The notes under the pieces: model-generated
Told to the model about the DNA's origin: nothing
The model's database searches: none
Seen by the model: the letters and a program-made list of their open reading frames with translations, nothing else
NCBI GenBank assembly: GCA_040954595.2
Contig: CM082578.2
Location: 17,677,912-17,741,911, forward strand
Length of the DNA stretch: 64,000 bases
DNA from: Balanoglossus misakiensis
Taxonomy: Eukaryota > Animalia > Hemichordata
Direction: 5' to 3'
Translations under genes and position numbers: made by a program
Part shown: one piece after another, positions 37,720 to 49,497 of the stretch
How positions within the stretch are numbered: the stretch's first letter is position 1
How the letters are laid out: each line of letters starts with the position of its first letter

Positions 37720-40700
37720 ACATAATGTATTGTACATGCACAAAGAGATTGTATTTTGAAGACAGGACATTATCGGTAACTGATTACTTTTTCTTTGCAC
37801 CTGAACAGTGGAAGTAATGGTTCTGATGCTGAAGATTTGGACAACGATGAACTGATAGGGACTGTGTTGTCAGTCTTGCATAACTTGAAGGATAAATCGG
37901 TCGGTGAAAATGCAACTGAAAGACAAGTGGTTCGAAATGAGTGGAGCATGGAAGACGAAACTGCCCACAATGAATCCCTGGAAGAAAACCACAGCTGTGA
38001 AGGGGTCACTCCGAGTGAAAACAAAAGAATTGTTGAGGTTTTGAAAAACAGGGAAGATCACAAATTTGTGAGCAAGCCACCTCCTGGCTCCTCAGCTGGT
38101 GGCAGAAGTTCAGATTGGACTCGATCATCCGGTAGTCTTGATGCTGGCCAGGGTCCCAGAAACATTTCTCTTCGTCCGAAGAGTACAGTCCAAGCAGGAG
38201 GTGATGGGAGATCCAAGTCCAGCAAGCCGGTTGAAGAGACAGGGGTAGGTTATTGTGTCTGTCATTAGGAGTGCATCAGTGTCTTAGACTTGTGGACTGT
38301 TGCAGTCCGGTACAACCGGTTCTTCGTTGAATCCACAACTTCGATCTCTGCACAGATCACCATACTCATGGAGAAATAAACCATGTCATCAAAAAACTTC
38401 AAGTGAGTGTCAGCAAGCCTGTAACATGTGTACCTATATGGGTGACTTTTTATGGACTAGATTTCCGAAAATTAAAGCAATATGTTAATTTTGACAGTTT
38501 CTATTGAAGTCATACTGAATGATAAGTGTATCAATTCTTACTAGGGAAAGGAGTCAGTTGGCAAAAGTAGTGAAGCAAGACGAGGACGTAAATTGATCCA
38601 CATCCGCGATATCACCGAGAAAAGACGCTTTCATCCTTACGGCAAACCAAGTCAGCCAGAGAAGAAAGAAACTTCATCAGTTGAGAAAGACATTGAGAAG
38701 CTGATGCAGAATCTGACTTCCACATCTTATTCCTCTAAAAACCCAAACGGCAGAGGTTCACCAACGGCAGACTTCTACCACACCAAGCCAACGGGGTCTA
38801 CACCGGCAAGGTTCAAATCGTGTGACTTGCCTGCAAGGTTCAGACAACAGGGCTCCAAGCCCACTGCTGTTCCCATGCGAGTTGACAGCAGTGATGATGA
38901 TGGCAGTGTGAGCCAGGAGGACCCCAGGAAACACAGACCCAAAGAGTTTATGGAGAAATTAGCAGCGTATGATAGCGTTGTGACAAGAGATGATCTGGAA
39001 GAAGGCCAAATACCGGATGATGATGATGATGATGAGTCCATGTCTGCATACACCTCCAATAGTGTAAGTGCATCTTTTGATAATGCATTTTAAGGGAACT
39101 AACTAAATCATGCAGTGTGATTATTATCATGAGTATTTGTCACTTGATATTCCATTTTTTAATTCTATGCTTATAAATATTGACATTGTTTCTATTATCC
39201 TGTTTTGGTGATTTTAGAATGTACAAGAATCCTGTACACGCACTGTGCAAGTTATTCATGGAGGGAGGACTATCGATGCCTACATTCCAACTGGCCAAGC
39301 CATCCCAACACTACAGGGTCAGAACCGGCAACAGCTGCTCCAACCTCAAGCCAATTTCTTTAGGCATGCCAACCTTCTAAGTGTGATGTTGATGTTGCTA
39401 CTTTCATAGTTTTCCATCAACTAACCAAATATGTGCCAGAAACTCAACCAAGTGGCTGTCTTTGTCATGTAATACAGAAAAGAAAAACTGATTAAAACAA
39501 AACCAAACAAAACACTGAAGTGGAATTGTAGGTCTCTCATGCGGACCAGTTCCGGTGGTATTTTATAAATGTGGGGGACTCGTCACCCAAACACAGAGCA
39601 AAAGTAGCTATCAACGTGACACCAGGGAAAAGTATGCCTCCATAACCTGCACACTATATTCCCTTTGTATCTAAATTTTGTGTGAAATATAGCGAGTGCC
39701 CAATAACCATTAAGCTTTTAACAGTGTTGTGTCTCTGTTTGGCTGTACATATTTATATTTATTTGCAGAAACTATAAGCATGCCAGGTTGAGGTTTTAGG
39801 TACTGCTCGCCTCATTCTTCTGCCCATAATGAAACAACTTGTCAACATGTGATGCAATTTGTTTCATTTTTGCTGCACGTAGTTTTTAAGTTTTTTTGTC
39901 ATTTCCATTCTATGCTTATTGGTTTTATTTTTTTCCAGTTGTTTGTGCACAACATTGGACATTCTAACATTTTATTTCATATTAGGGTGCCAGTATCTTT
40001 TGCATGTTTCCTATCTTTGAAGTGTAAACCACTGGAAAAACTTGTGGAATGTCCTTGCATTTCACTTGACTTTTGAATGTTTGAACCCTGAATTTGCTTC
40101 GAATTGCACAAATTTATAAATATAGTAAGAGATACTGGTGCCTTCTCATTTGTATTAGACTGGCTAGTTGTGAAGTTAATACCCTATGGTTGTATTTTTT
40201 CACACCATTGGATAAAACATTATAAAAAGATACAGCCATAGGGGCTTTAAAGTCACCCCCCTATTGTATTCCCACCTATTTTTTTCACTGTTTGAAAGTG
40301 TTTGGCAGAGATCAGTGTGGTTAATGCGTTAAGCTAGCTAAAACAATCCATTGGGTAAAATCTCAACCCGCATATTTTCATGTTTTAATTTTGGTGTTAA
40401 AATGAAGAGTTCATGCAGTCAACTTTTGATAAAGGCAGGAAGACACAGTGATGTGGGTTGCTGTAGTATTTGAAGACGTAAGGCAATATCAAAGGATCTG
40501 ACTTAAATGTTGACAATATTCTAAACACTCACTGTTATTCATTTCAAACAGTATCATTCTAAGACTGCTGGTGTTTATAAATTAGTTGGCAGCACAAATA
40601 CACTTTTTCATGATTTGCTTTTTTCTCTGTGTGTGCAGGGGAAATCAAGGGCAGAGAAATGTGTCAGTTACCCAGACGACATGGTTCAACAGAGTTGCCA

Positions 40701-43700
40701 CAAATACACTGCATGCTGAACGAGAAAAGGGATATCTGTCCCAGTTGGAAGAGCAAGCCAGAAACTACGCCGAAGTCCAGCGACTGCAACAGATGCAGCT
40801 GCAGGCGCAGCAACTGCAGTCCAGTGTACAGCGACATCCCCAACAGCAGTACGCAGTCAACCAAAACCATAACCAGTACAATGTCAACCGGCCTGCAGGC
40901 AACCAGGTGTGGTCCTTTAGGAGATGACCAAAACAGTGTTTCAGGGATTGGGTAGGTGATGCATTTTCAAATTGCCATGTACAAGAATGAATAAGTCTGA
41001 GAAAGATATCTTAACAGGTTAGGAAGTTTGGTTTTGGAATTGACAAAGTGTTGCTTCCAATTGCAGGGGACAGTTGTGTTTTGCCACATTAACAAAACAA
41101 GAGATGGCTTCTGGTGGGAACGTAGTAGAACATGATGACTTAAGTTGTGTACCAATGGAACTGGATAATGAACAGGAACAAAGAAAATATGAGAAGGAAA
41201 ATGACCAACATGAAAAAACTAAAACCACAGGTATGTCTTGAAAAATCTGTCCTTAAATAGAGAGGTGCCCGTAATGATTGGTCTCATTGTAGTTGATACA
41301 AAGAAGTTACAAAAATCCTGAAAAATAACCAGAAGATACAGCTGCTGCCCCTTTGAATTTCCATGTAAACAGTGCAAATTTTCACTTTTTCCCACACAGA
41401 TGAACTGTCAGTACTTCTCCACTCATCAGTCAATGTGTCAAGGGATCCCCGTCTCAGAAAACGACAACCTAACAAAGACCCACAAGGGAAGGCGTTGGAG
41501 TCACAGCCATTGCTAAAAGATATCTCAGGAAATCGGGAAATTACAGAAATCTTAAGAAGTTCGAAAAAGTTGGAAGCAGAGTCCAGGAAGTCCGGAATGT
41601 ATCTCTGCAAAAGTAGCAGTGATATAATTCAGTCTGTACGACAAAGAACAAAAGAAGATCAATTGATGTCAACTTTTCCAAAACCAACTCATTCTTCTAG
41701 TGTCAAAGATGCTTACATGTCACTGTCTAATCTATGTTCTCATCTAAATGAACAACATAGCACAGATACAGTGAAACCCCAATCAAGTGAGATGCCTCGC
41801 GATGATGCATCACCACAGTCTACTGGTGAAAGCACAGAAGAGCGCATAAGGTGCTGGCTGGACAGCATTGATCCAACTGAAAAAGATAAGGATTCTGCTA
41901 AGGAGGAGGAACAGACAGACAAGACTGACGTAACTGATTCTGAAAATGAACCACATGAGAATGCCGCAACAGCCAAAGAACCTTCTGTTGGGAAAAAAGT
42001 GAAAATAAGCATCTCACAGTACAAAAAGAAAGCTACTCATGTGCAGATGGATAATGTTGACAGATTTAAAAGAGGTGGTGAGAGTGAACAAGTTCTTCCT
42101 ACTTGTGTGAGGTTTGGGAATGAGAAGCAAATGTTGACAAAGACAGCACCTGCATCACTCACAATTCATTTAAGAAGAAAAATCCCAGAAGATGGGAAGG
42201 TGTCAAAAGAATTGGAAGCTTCGAAGGACTTGCCAAGTCTCACACAAAGAACCACTCCTTCATCCACAGCAGACACTGTCAATCACAAGAATGGTTATTC
42301 CATGACTGTCAAAAAAGACCATTGTGAAGAAAATCAGAATCAAGATGAATTCTGGGCTGCAATAGGTCCGAAGCACAGGGATGATTCCTGGAAAGATGGC
42401 ATTCCATTTCTCAGTATTAAATCTCCTGAACAATGTAGTACTTCTTTCAAGGAAAACGATGAATTTTCGGATACAATTTTAGAGAAAGACTCCACTGATA
42501 TTCAGAAAGCAAAAAATGGTCAAGCCTCTTCTGCTCTTCCAAAGTCAATTGGTGATGTTAGTCAAACACTTTCTCCAAACTTACATTCTAAAAGTTCAGT
42601 ATGTGCATCTTCTACATCTAAGTCATCACCAGTATACGCTTCCCTGGCAGATTCAAGTGAATATGAAGAGAAGAACAAAGATAACATGATTACAGAAATT
42701 GCCAAAGCACAGTCCAACTCTAAAGCCTTATCCTCCAAGGAAAATTCTGTGATTGAAGACAAACTTGATTTTGCAAATTCAAGGGATGTCACCACCAGTT
42801 CAGATGTTGTAATTAAGTCTGAGGAATTCTCCAAAGATGTTCACCTTGAGGACAAGTTTTCAAAAAGTAGTCGAGCTGTAAGATTCCAAGAGTTGCGTGC
42901 TGAGCTTGGTGAGAAAACAGATGAAATGTTGAAAACCATGTTTCAATATTTTGAAGAGAATTGCTCACACCTGGATGAGTTTCAGCTTCAAACATTTGGA
43001 AGCTGTGATGTTTCCAAGGTAACAGGTGTGAGTGGCAGTGGGCGGCGCCTTCATCCCTTGTCAAAACGAAGTCTTGAAGATATTCCCAAACATGATGTAG
43101 ACGATATTCATAGATGCATCCAGGAAAAATCTGAGGAAACGCTGAAATCTATGGAGAATGAGTTCAGTAAGATATTCTCTTCTTGTCACAGAATTAGTGA
43201 AGATTATTCTGTCAAGAGTGAAACGAGAGAGACGTTTTACAAGGCATTTTCAGATTTGAAGAAGGAAATCATGCAAGTTCTTGTCAACTACGGTGTGAAG
43301 TTACATGCCCTTAGTAGTCCACTGAATTTACTTGCATCCAGAAAGAACCATTTGGAACACCAGCCACATCCTCCCCAATGCTCCAAGAAATCTTCAAGTG
43401 GTGGTCAGCTATGTGTTGCTTTGGAGAAGGCAAAACAAAACTTTGAACAGGAAATTGACAATATCTTGAGTGCCAGAGTACCAGCAGAAATTGATCATAA
43501 GTTTTATGGACTGTCTCGGAAGTATGACTCTATAACAGAGTTTATATCTAAAGGTGAACATAGCAATCAAGGAGCTTGTATTGGTTCCTCTCACGGCCGT
43601 ATTTGTCAAATCCTTAAATGTAACCAGACTGAGAACTCAAGAGAAGCCAGAGTAGAGGGAGGAATATTATCAAAATCTGCACCAATGCCTTACATGAATG

Positions 43701-46700
43701 TTCAGGTATCACCCCCAAAATCTGAAGATGCTAAGCATAGCTCTACACCTCAGGATGGGCTTCCTATTCCTTCTGTACACCAACGTTTTAGCAGACCTGG
43801 TCCAAGTCCCATCCAACAGTTTGTAATACCAGTTATCAGAAACCAGAAAAAAGAAATTCACTCCAAGCCATTACCATTCCCACAGTACTTGGAAGGTGCC
43901 CCTCTTCGTTACCTGGTGACCTTTCCAGAGAAAAACCTTGATTCATCCAATCATAGTGGCAGTCAACTCCATCAACACCAAGAGACCAATGCTACCAACT
44001 ATATGGGAAGAAAAATTAAACAAGAAAGTGTGAATAGTCAGTTTCACACAAGTTGTTCATGGTACAGTAATCAACTGTCAGCAGAACTCAATGAAACACC
44101 ACCAAGACACTTGCACCAACCAGCAACACCACCAAGTGGCCTACATCGTGACTATATCCAAAATGACTGTGATGTAAGATGTGTTCAATCTGAGATGCCC
44201 CAGAGAAGCGGCCAAGCCATCCAACGTCAACTAAGATGGAATTCATTGGAAACAACAGACAAATCCGACTCTCAAAGCTGTCATTTTCATCCAGCGTGTG
44301 GCACCCCATCTAGTTTGGCATTTCATGACATAGGTGTTCCTGACAATAGTCCTCCGTCACATACTGAAACTGAGTCTCGTCACTACCAGTGTTCAGAGCT
44401 ACCAAGCACACGTCAAGTGCCACTGTTGCCACCTCCATCTGAAGAAGTTAACAAATCTATTCATGGCTTCAGACATCATGATTCTCATGCGGCAACATTA
44501 CCAAGTACCACACCAGCAGACCAGCTTACAAATGAACAATCAAAGACACCCTCTACTGAAAGACACTTGTCAGATATTCAGAAAAAAGAACAAAGTAGAA
44601 GAGAAAATGATGCATTTTATCCAGATGAATCTGAACTCTTCCCATCAAGTGGAGATGTTGATGAAAGAGCCTTCCAGTATCCTGTGACTTCCACCTTACG
44701 AGAAGAAAGCAGTATTACTTTTAGAAAACCAGAACGCCCTTTATCTCCATTATCAAAAGCTATTTCTGACTTTCTTGCATCAGAAAAAAAGAAGTCTAGT
44801 CTGCGGAAAGCACTAAGTGAGCTTGCCAGTGGCATGGAAGTCGGATTTGATAATACACCCAGCGACAGGGGAAATGCTGGCACTGTTGTCAACTACTCTA
44901 GAGATGCACATAATTTATCCCATGAGGAACCATATACAGCACAACATGCACCTTATCTAAATAAAGTTGCAGGTGACTCGCGGCCTTCAAATCGACCAGA
45001 TCTAAAATTTGGTGGTCATACAAATATATCCAAAAAAGAAAAGTTGTATCTTTTGAATGCTGAAGATAATCCCTTGAGAAAAAGTGAGGATTTACTGCAT
45101 AAACACCAGCTAGACTTGCACATTGGAATCGGGGGCAGAAGTGACACCAACAAGCAGTTGCAACAAGAGAAAACACCAGGCAGTGTTGTGGCTGATCGAA
45201 GATTTAACACACAGGATGAAACACGTTTCAGTGAGAAGAGCAGAAGAGAACATGTATCAGCAGAATCTGATGTTCTTTACTGCAAAGAAAAGCCCTTCTC
45301 AGATTCACTAGCAAAGGCAGCTTCAAAGACCACTGACAAGGTGACTGGTGAAGGTGATGACCTGGTCAACATGCTTGAAAGTGACTTTCGTAAGGAGACT
45401 TATGCTCAACCAGATCTTCATTTGAAAAATAAGACTGGTAAAGAGAAAACATCAGCTATCAATTACTCAAAAGAAGAAAAGGATCCCCAAAAGTCCTTTA
45501 AAAAAGAAGAGAGTGAGACAGAAATGGTGTGGAGTAGTAGTCATCCACATGTGGAAAGTAGTCCAAGATACAGAAAGACAGACAGTGTTGTTCTCCATGA
45601 GAATAAAAGGCATCAGCATAACTTGGAAGATCAGAAATACTCATCAGGCAAAATTGATAATGCTGACAGAATGAATGGCACAAGAACCACAAGTGTTGGG
45701 CCAGAATGTCAAGGTTCAGACAACCGTGATGCCGGGTCCTATGGGAAGGGAAGATGCAGCAGAAGGGAAAGTTCTGAGTCCGGGAGGAATAGTCCTAGTG
45801 TATCCCAAGTCTACAGAGAAGAGTATCTTAAAGCCGTCAGAAAGTATAACAGCAAAGGAAAGAGGTCAAGTAGCAGTGATAGTTGTAAAAGCAAGTATTC
45901 TGACAGTGAAGTTACGAGACGGAATGATTTCAGGAGAAGCGTAGGTCATGTTGATGGTAAGAGAAGACGTGACAGTTCAACCTACAGAGACAATGATAAA
46001 AAAGCCAGGAGAAGGGCTCGATCAGTTACGCCTGAAAAGAAGAAAAGCAGGCTTCGTTCACAGGATGGCATGGATTCTGACAAAGGGTACAGAAGGCAGA
46101 CAAAACACCATAGCAGAGCTTCTGATGACACTGCTGCTAAATGTCAAAAAGAGGTTGATTCGATTTCAACAGATGAAAGTATTGAAAGGACAAAGTACCA
46201 TTCAAGGGATACATCAGCAAACTTGAAGTCAGACAGCAGGCCCCAAAGTAGGTCTAGAAGGTACAATATCAGAAGTGTAAGCCCTGAAGACAGACAAGGC
46301 AAAGATTCCTCTACCTACCAAAATATCAGATCTCGGAAAAGGATGGAAGACGTCAGAACAAGAAGTGTTAGTCCAGGAAGGAGGATTATTAATTATACTC
46401 CACGGGAGAAGTCTGAACAAAGCAGTATCAGAAGTATGAACCCAGAATATCGACAAGGCAAAGGTTCCTCTGCCGACCAAGATATCAGACCACTAAGAAA
46501 GATGGAAGATGTTAGGACAAGAAGTATTAGTCCAGAAAGGAGAATTGGTAATCATGTTCAAAGGGAGAATTGTAAACAACACACCATCAGAAGTATAAGC
46601 CCTGAATACAGACAAGACAAAAGTTCCTCTGCAGACCGAAATATCAAATCTCTAAGAAAGATGAAAGGTGTCAAGACAAGAAGTATTAGTCCAGAAAGGA

Positions 46701-49388
46701 GGATTAGTAGAAACCTTCCAAGTGAGAAGTTAGGAGACTCTAACCAAAACAATTCTCAATCTGACATTACAAGAAGTGTTAGTCCTAGACACCAAACTGG
46801 AAGATATTCTCACTATCATGACTTTGATACCAGAATGCAGACAAGGAAGGTCGAGCATGTGCATGGAAGAAGTTCGAGTCAGGAAAGCTTTGGCAGTTAT
46901 AGTCATCTTCCATGTGATACAACATTGGACTGGGATAAAGACCCAAAGCCTCACAAGTCAGACTCAGAGGGATTCAAAGGAGAAAGTCCAGAAGGAATGA
47001 GAAGTTCATTTGACAAGGATTCCAGAGTTTCAGAACACCGCCCGAGATGCATTACCTCGAGTTCAGTGGATGGGGAAAGTTATCACAAGCCAAGTTTTAT
47101 GTCTAAAGACTTGATTAGCAGGACCCAGAACAATTCAGGGTATCGACGATCTAGAAGTGTGAGTCCAAGCTCTAGAAAAGACAGAGAGAAGTCTATTGAC
47201 CAAGAGGGTGGTCGTAGGAGAGTGGATGATCATTTCAGGACAAGTAGCAATGAAGGAACTTTTGGTAGCAGCCTTTCACAAAATACTATATCGGCAAAGT
47301 TTCCTGATGATGACAAACATACTGTAAGCCACAGTGAAGGAAGTGTGACCCCAGAGCTTGGAAGAAACAGACGTACTTTGGACCATGATACCACAAAACA
47401 TGGGGATATACCTGTTGAACTTGGTCCTAGTGACCAAGATGAGAAGTTCAGCAAGATGGGAACTAAGAGCAAATCAAGTCCCATCAGTAGAGAAGAAGTA
47501 TCTTCTTACTCGGCTGGTGGTGCTTTTAGTAAGATCCCATCTACGTGTACAAGTGCAATAAACCAGGAAAATTGCGAAGGACATCTTGACGATTCTGCAA
47601 CAGAGTCTCACGTGGTAACAGTTTGTAAGACCCTATCAGTCAGTAATCCAAAGATTGAATCATCTCAAGAAGCTGCTCTTTCAGAGAGTTCTGGGACAAT
47701 ACATGGTGAAGTGCAAGAAAGTCAAACCGAAATATCTGAAAAAATTATCACAACAGATCCCATGGCTGTCAGACAAGGGCAAGAGGAGATTGATGAAACA
47801 AGATACACAAACTCGGAAGATGATAGGGACGCCAGTAGAACTCCACCATGTTTGTCTTCAGCATCACAAAGTGCAAAAGAGACCAAGCAGATAGATTGCA
47901 AGTGGACACTGGCCATTCATCAAAACACTGATGCAAGGCACAACCCCTCAGGAGATCATCATGAAGGTAGTAAAACACCACTGGAGCTGAGTGCAGAAGA
48001 GCGTGGACAGGCGTATTCAAAAAGGAAGGTAATCTCAAAGAATGCTGTTGATTTGTCGCAGCAGCTGGTGGCTTCTAAAGAGTGTGAAAGGAAGAACCTG
48101 GGGAGAACCAGTACAATGGATTCTTTTTGGAAATGGAAACTTGGTCGGGAAAAAAGGACTCTTGATAAGCAGAAAAATGTTCCTAAACAGAGTAGTGCTA
48201 CAAATCCATATGGCAAATGGAAGACAGTGTGCCCAACCACCAGAGTTTCAAAATCCTGTACACCGGAGAAAAAGATGTTGAGAAGTAAAGTTGTTTGTGA
48301 CAGAAAAGTTTGTTCCACTGCTACTCTACACTCAACCACATGCAGAAAACGGAAATCTGAAGAATCCATTAGCAATGCAGCATGCCAGTGGATGAAATGG
48401 AGAGGAAGATCTGAAAACAATGTTGATAATAATGAGGTGCCCACTGATGGAGACTTGCAGAAAACGTCAGTTAAACGTTCCTTTTCTGAAGACTCTAACC
48501 CTCAAAGTAGATCTCCACTTCATGACAGAGTTAGCAAATGCACAAGAGAGGAACATCCATCAGACATTGTAAGTGTTGCATCAACAGTAAATGTGGCCAG
48601 GCATAGCACATCACCACAGCCATCGGTGTCTCAAAAAGCATCTAAATGGAAACCTATACCGAAGAGTTCTGACTCTGGTGGTAACTTGCCAAGATTGAAG
48701 AAGTCACCTGAGAGTAAGACTGATCCTGATCTTGATAGTGGCAAAGCAAATCAAAGTTGGAAACCTGAAACAGAGAAGACTTCAGAAGACACTCAGTACA
48801 GATTTTATGTCTTTGATCCTAGAAATGACCAAGTTTGTGCACGAGTAAGGGTAAGTTGGTTTTTCTACCTATACATTTTATGTCTGTCATACCCTGAGGC
48901 CTGATATCTGCCATTTGATATAAAATTAAAGGAATGTATTCCAATTTTGTAGAAGTTGAGCATGGACTTGTTTTAAAGTGACATCACTCTGCATATTGTA
49001 GTGGAACATGCACAGCGGTCAATTTTACCCTTTCGTCCCATTGCTCTAGTAAAGGTCCAACATTGCTGTTGAAAACAATGGAGTTGGACCAAATGGTCAT
49101 GGCGAAAGGTTTAATCAAAGTATTGTTTCTCGTTAATAGGGTGTTATGAGAAGTACCTACAGAAGTGAGTTTGATCCTGTCCACGTGAATCTGCAGGATG
49201 ATACTCTTAACAGTGTGGATTTGGTTATTCTTGTGCGGGAGAAAGACCTACCGACCATTTATAGCATTCCACATATAAGAAAATTGGCGAAGTATCCCAA
49301 CATCAGGATAATGAAGTTTGACCTACTGAGACATGTTGTTAGTGGGGACATCAAAGAAATAACTGATATTGACAACATTGATCTTTAA
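28332..49388 (+). CDS. TASOR: TASOR/TASOR2 (FAM208; DUF3715, HUSH scaffold)-family protein, long model about 4340 aa, 21 coding exons
   Basis: Exons 28332-28635, 30569-30717, 31320-31415, 31919-31991, 32324-32415, 32893-33033, 33367-33515, 33687-33784, 34108-34234, 34412-34521 (GC donor), 34645-34748, 34924-35074, 35334-36995, 37136-37679, 37809-38244, 38545-39063, 39218-39317, 40639-40951, 41067-41230, 41400-48850, 49140-49388. Pseudo-PARP motifs FIIPRK, VHNEELTKEFQEKRKEMKNEGRTEKELSESHAF, LGNPSMGVYVSRYSD, IFKLIKGKVK, FDCHVSK, TQIYLYEFG...RPRHLCPYAIVSF. SPOC motifs YALWSG...LFLLP...VLHGLF. The C-terminal FYVFD...VILVREKDLPTIYSIPHIRKLAKYP resembles TASOR DomII. Joins across 39218-41230 are ambiguous. 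Confidence 0.85.
37685..37718. repeat. (GT)n microsatellite directly after a splice donor
   Basis: About 17 GT units following AG|gtta. Confidence 0.95.
40182..40243. repeat. Short inverted repeat (possible MITE remnant)
   Basis: ccctatggttgtatttttt ... aaaaagatacagccataggg. Confidence 0.55.
41400..48850 (+). CDS. 7451-bp single coding exon of the TASOR-like gene (low-complexity S/R/K/E-rich region ending in the start of a DomII-like fold)
   Basis: Uninterrupted 2510-codon ORF (41372-48904). Acceptor cacacag| at 41399 and donor AGG|gtaagt at 48850, in phase with the last exon at 49140. Confidence 0.88.
46268..46720 (+). repeat. Coding tandem repeat, about 3 x 159 bp (53 aa), each with two RSxSP-type motifs
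   Basis: Units start atcagaagt at 46268, 46427 and 46586: IRS(V/M/I)(S/N)PE.RQ.K.SS....I...R.M..V.TRS(V/I)SP.RRI. Confidence 0.85.
49024..49114 (-). mobile_element. Same MITE family, copy 3 (inverted), in the last intron of the TASOR-like gene
   Basis: ccctttcg...aaaggtccaacatt...gaaaacaatggagttggaccaaa...catggcgaaaggtttaa. Confidence 0.7.
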
Positions 49389-49408
49389 TCGGTGCATTTA
49401 TGCAAAAC

Positions 49409-49497
49409 TTTACAGCTGTTTCCAACCAGAATGAGCGATAAGGTTGAGATGGTCTCAGTCAGCCCTATAACTTTGCATGGCTGAGAAACAACTGTAA
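49409..49497. repeat. Short inverted-repeat element just after the TASOR-like stop codon
   Basis: ttacagctgtttc ... gaaacaactgtaa termini. Confidence 0.5.

Noticed and set aside
39219-39317. Alternative frame MYKNPVHALCKLFMEGGLSMPTFQL resembling the start of a dsRNA-binding domain
   Set aside because: Out of phase with the strong upstream donor at 39063, and no exon supplying the KKxA helix was found.
40925-40951. Stop-codon readthrough or selenocysteine at TGA-C
   Set aside because: Readthrough spliced to the main 41067 acceptor falls out of frame, and no SECIS was identified.
41372-48904. 2510-aa ORF as a stand-alone gene, retroelement or viral polyprotein
   Set aside because: It begins at a GTG within a polypyrimidine acceptor, is bounded by in-phase splice sites, has no recognisable RT/integrase/transposase motifs, and its end continues a TASOR-like domain in the next exon.
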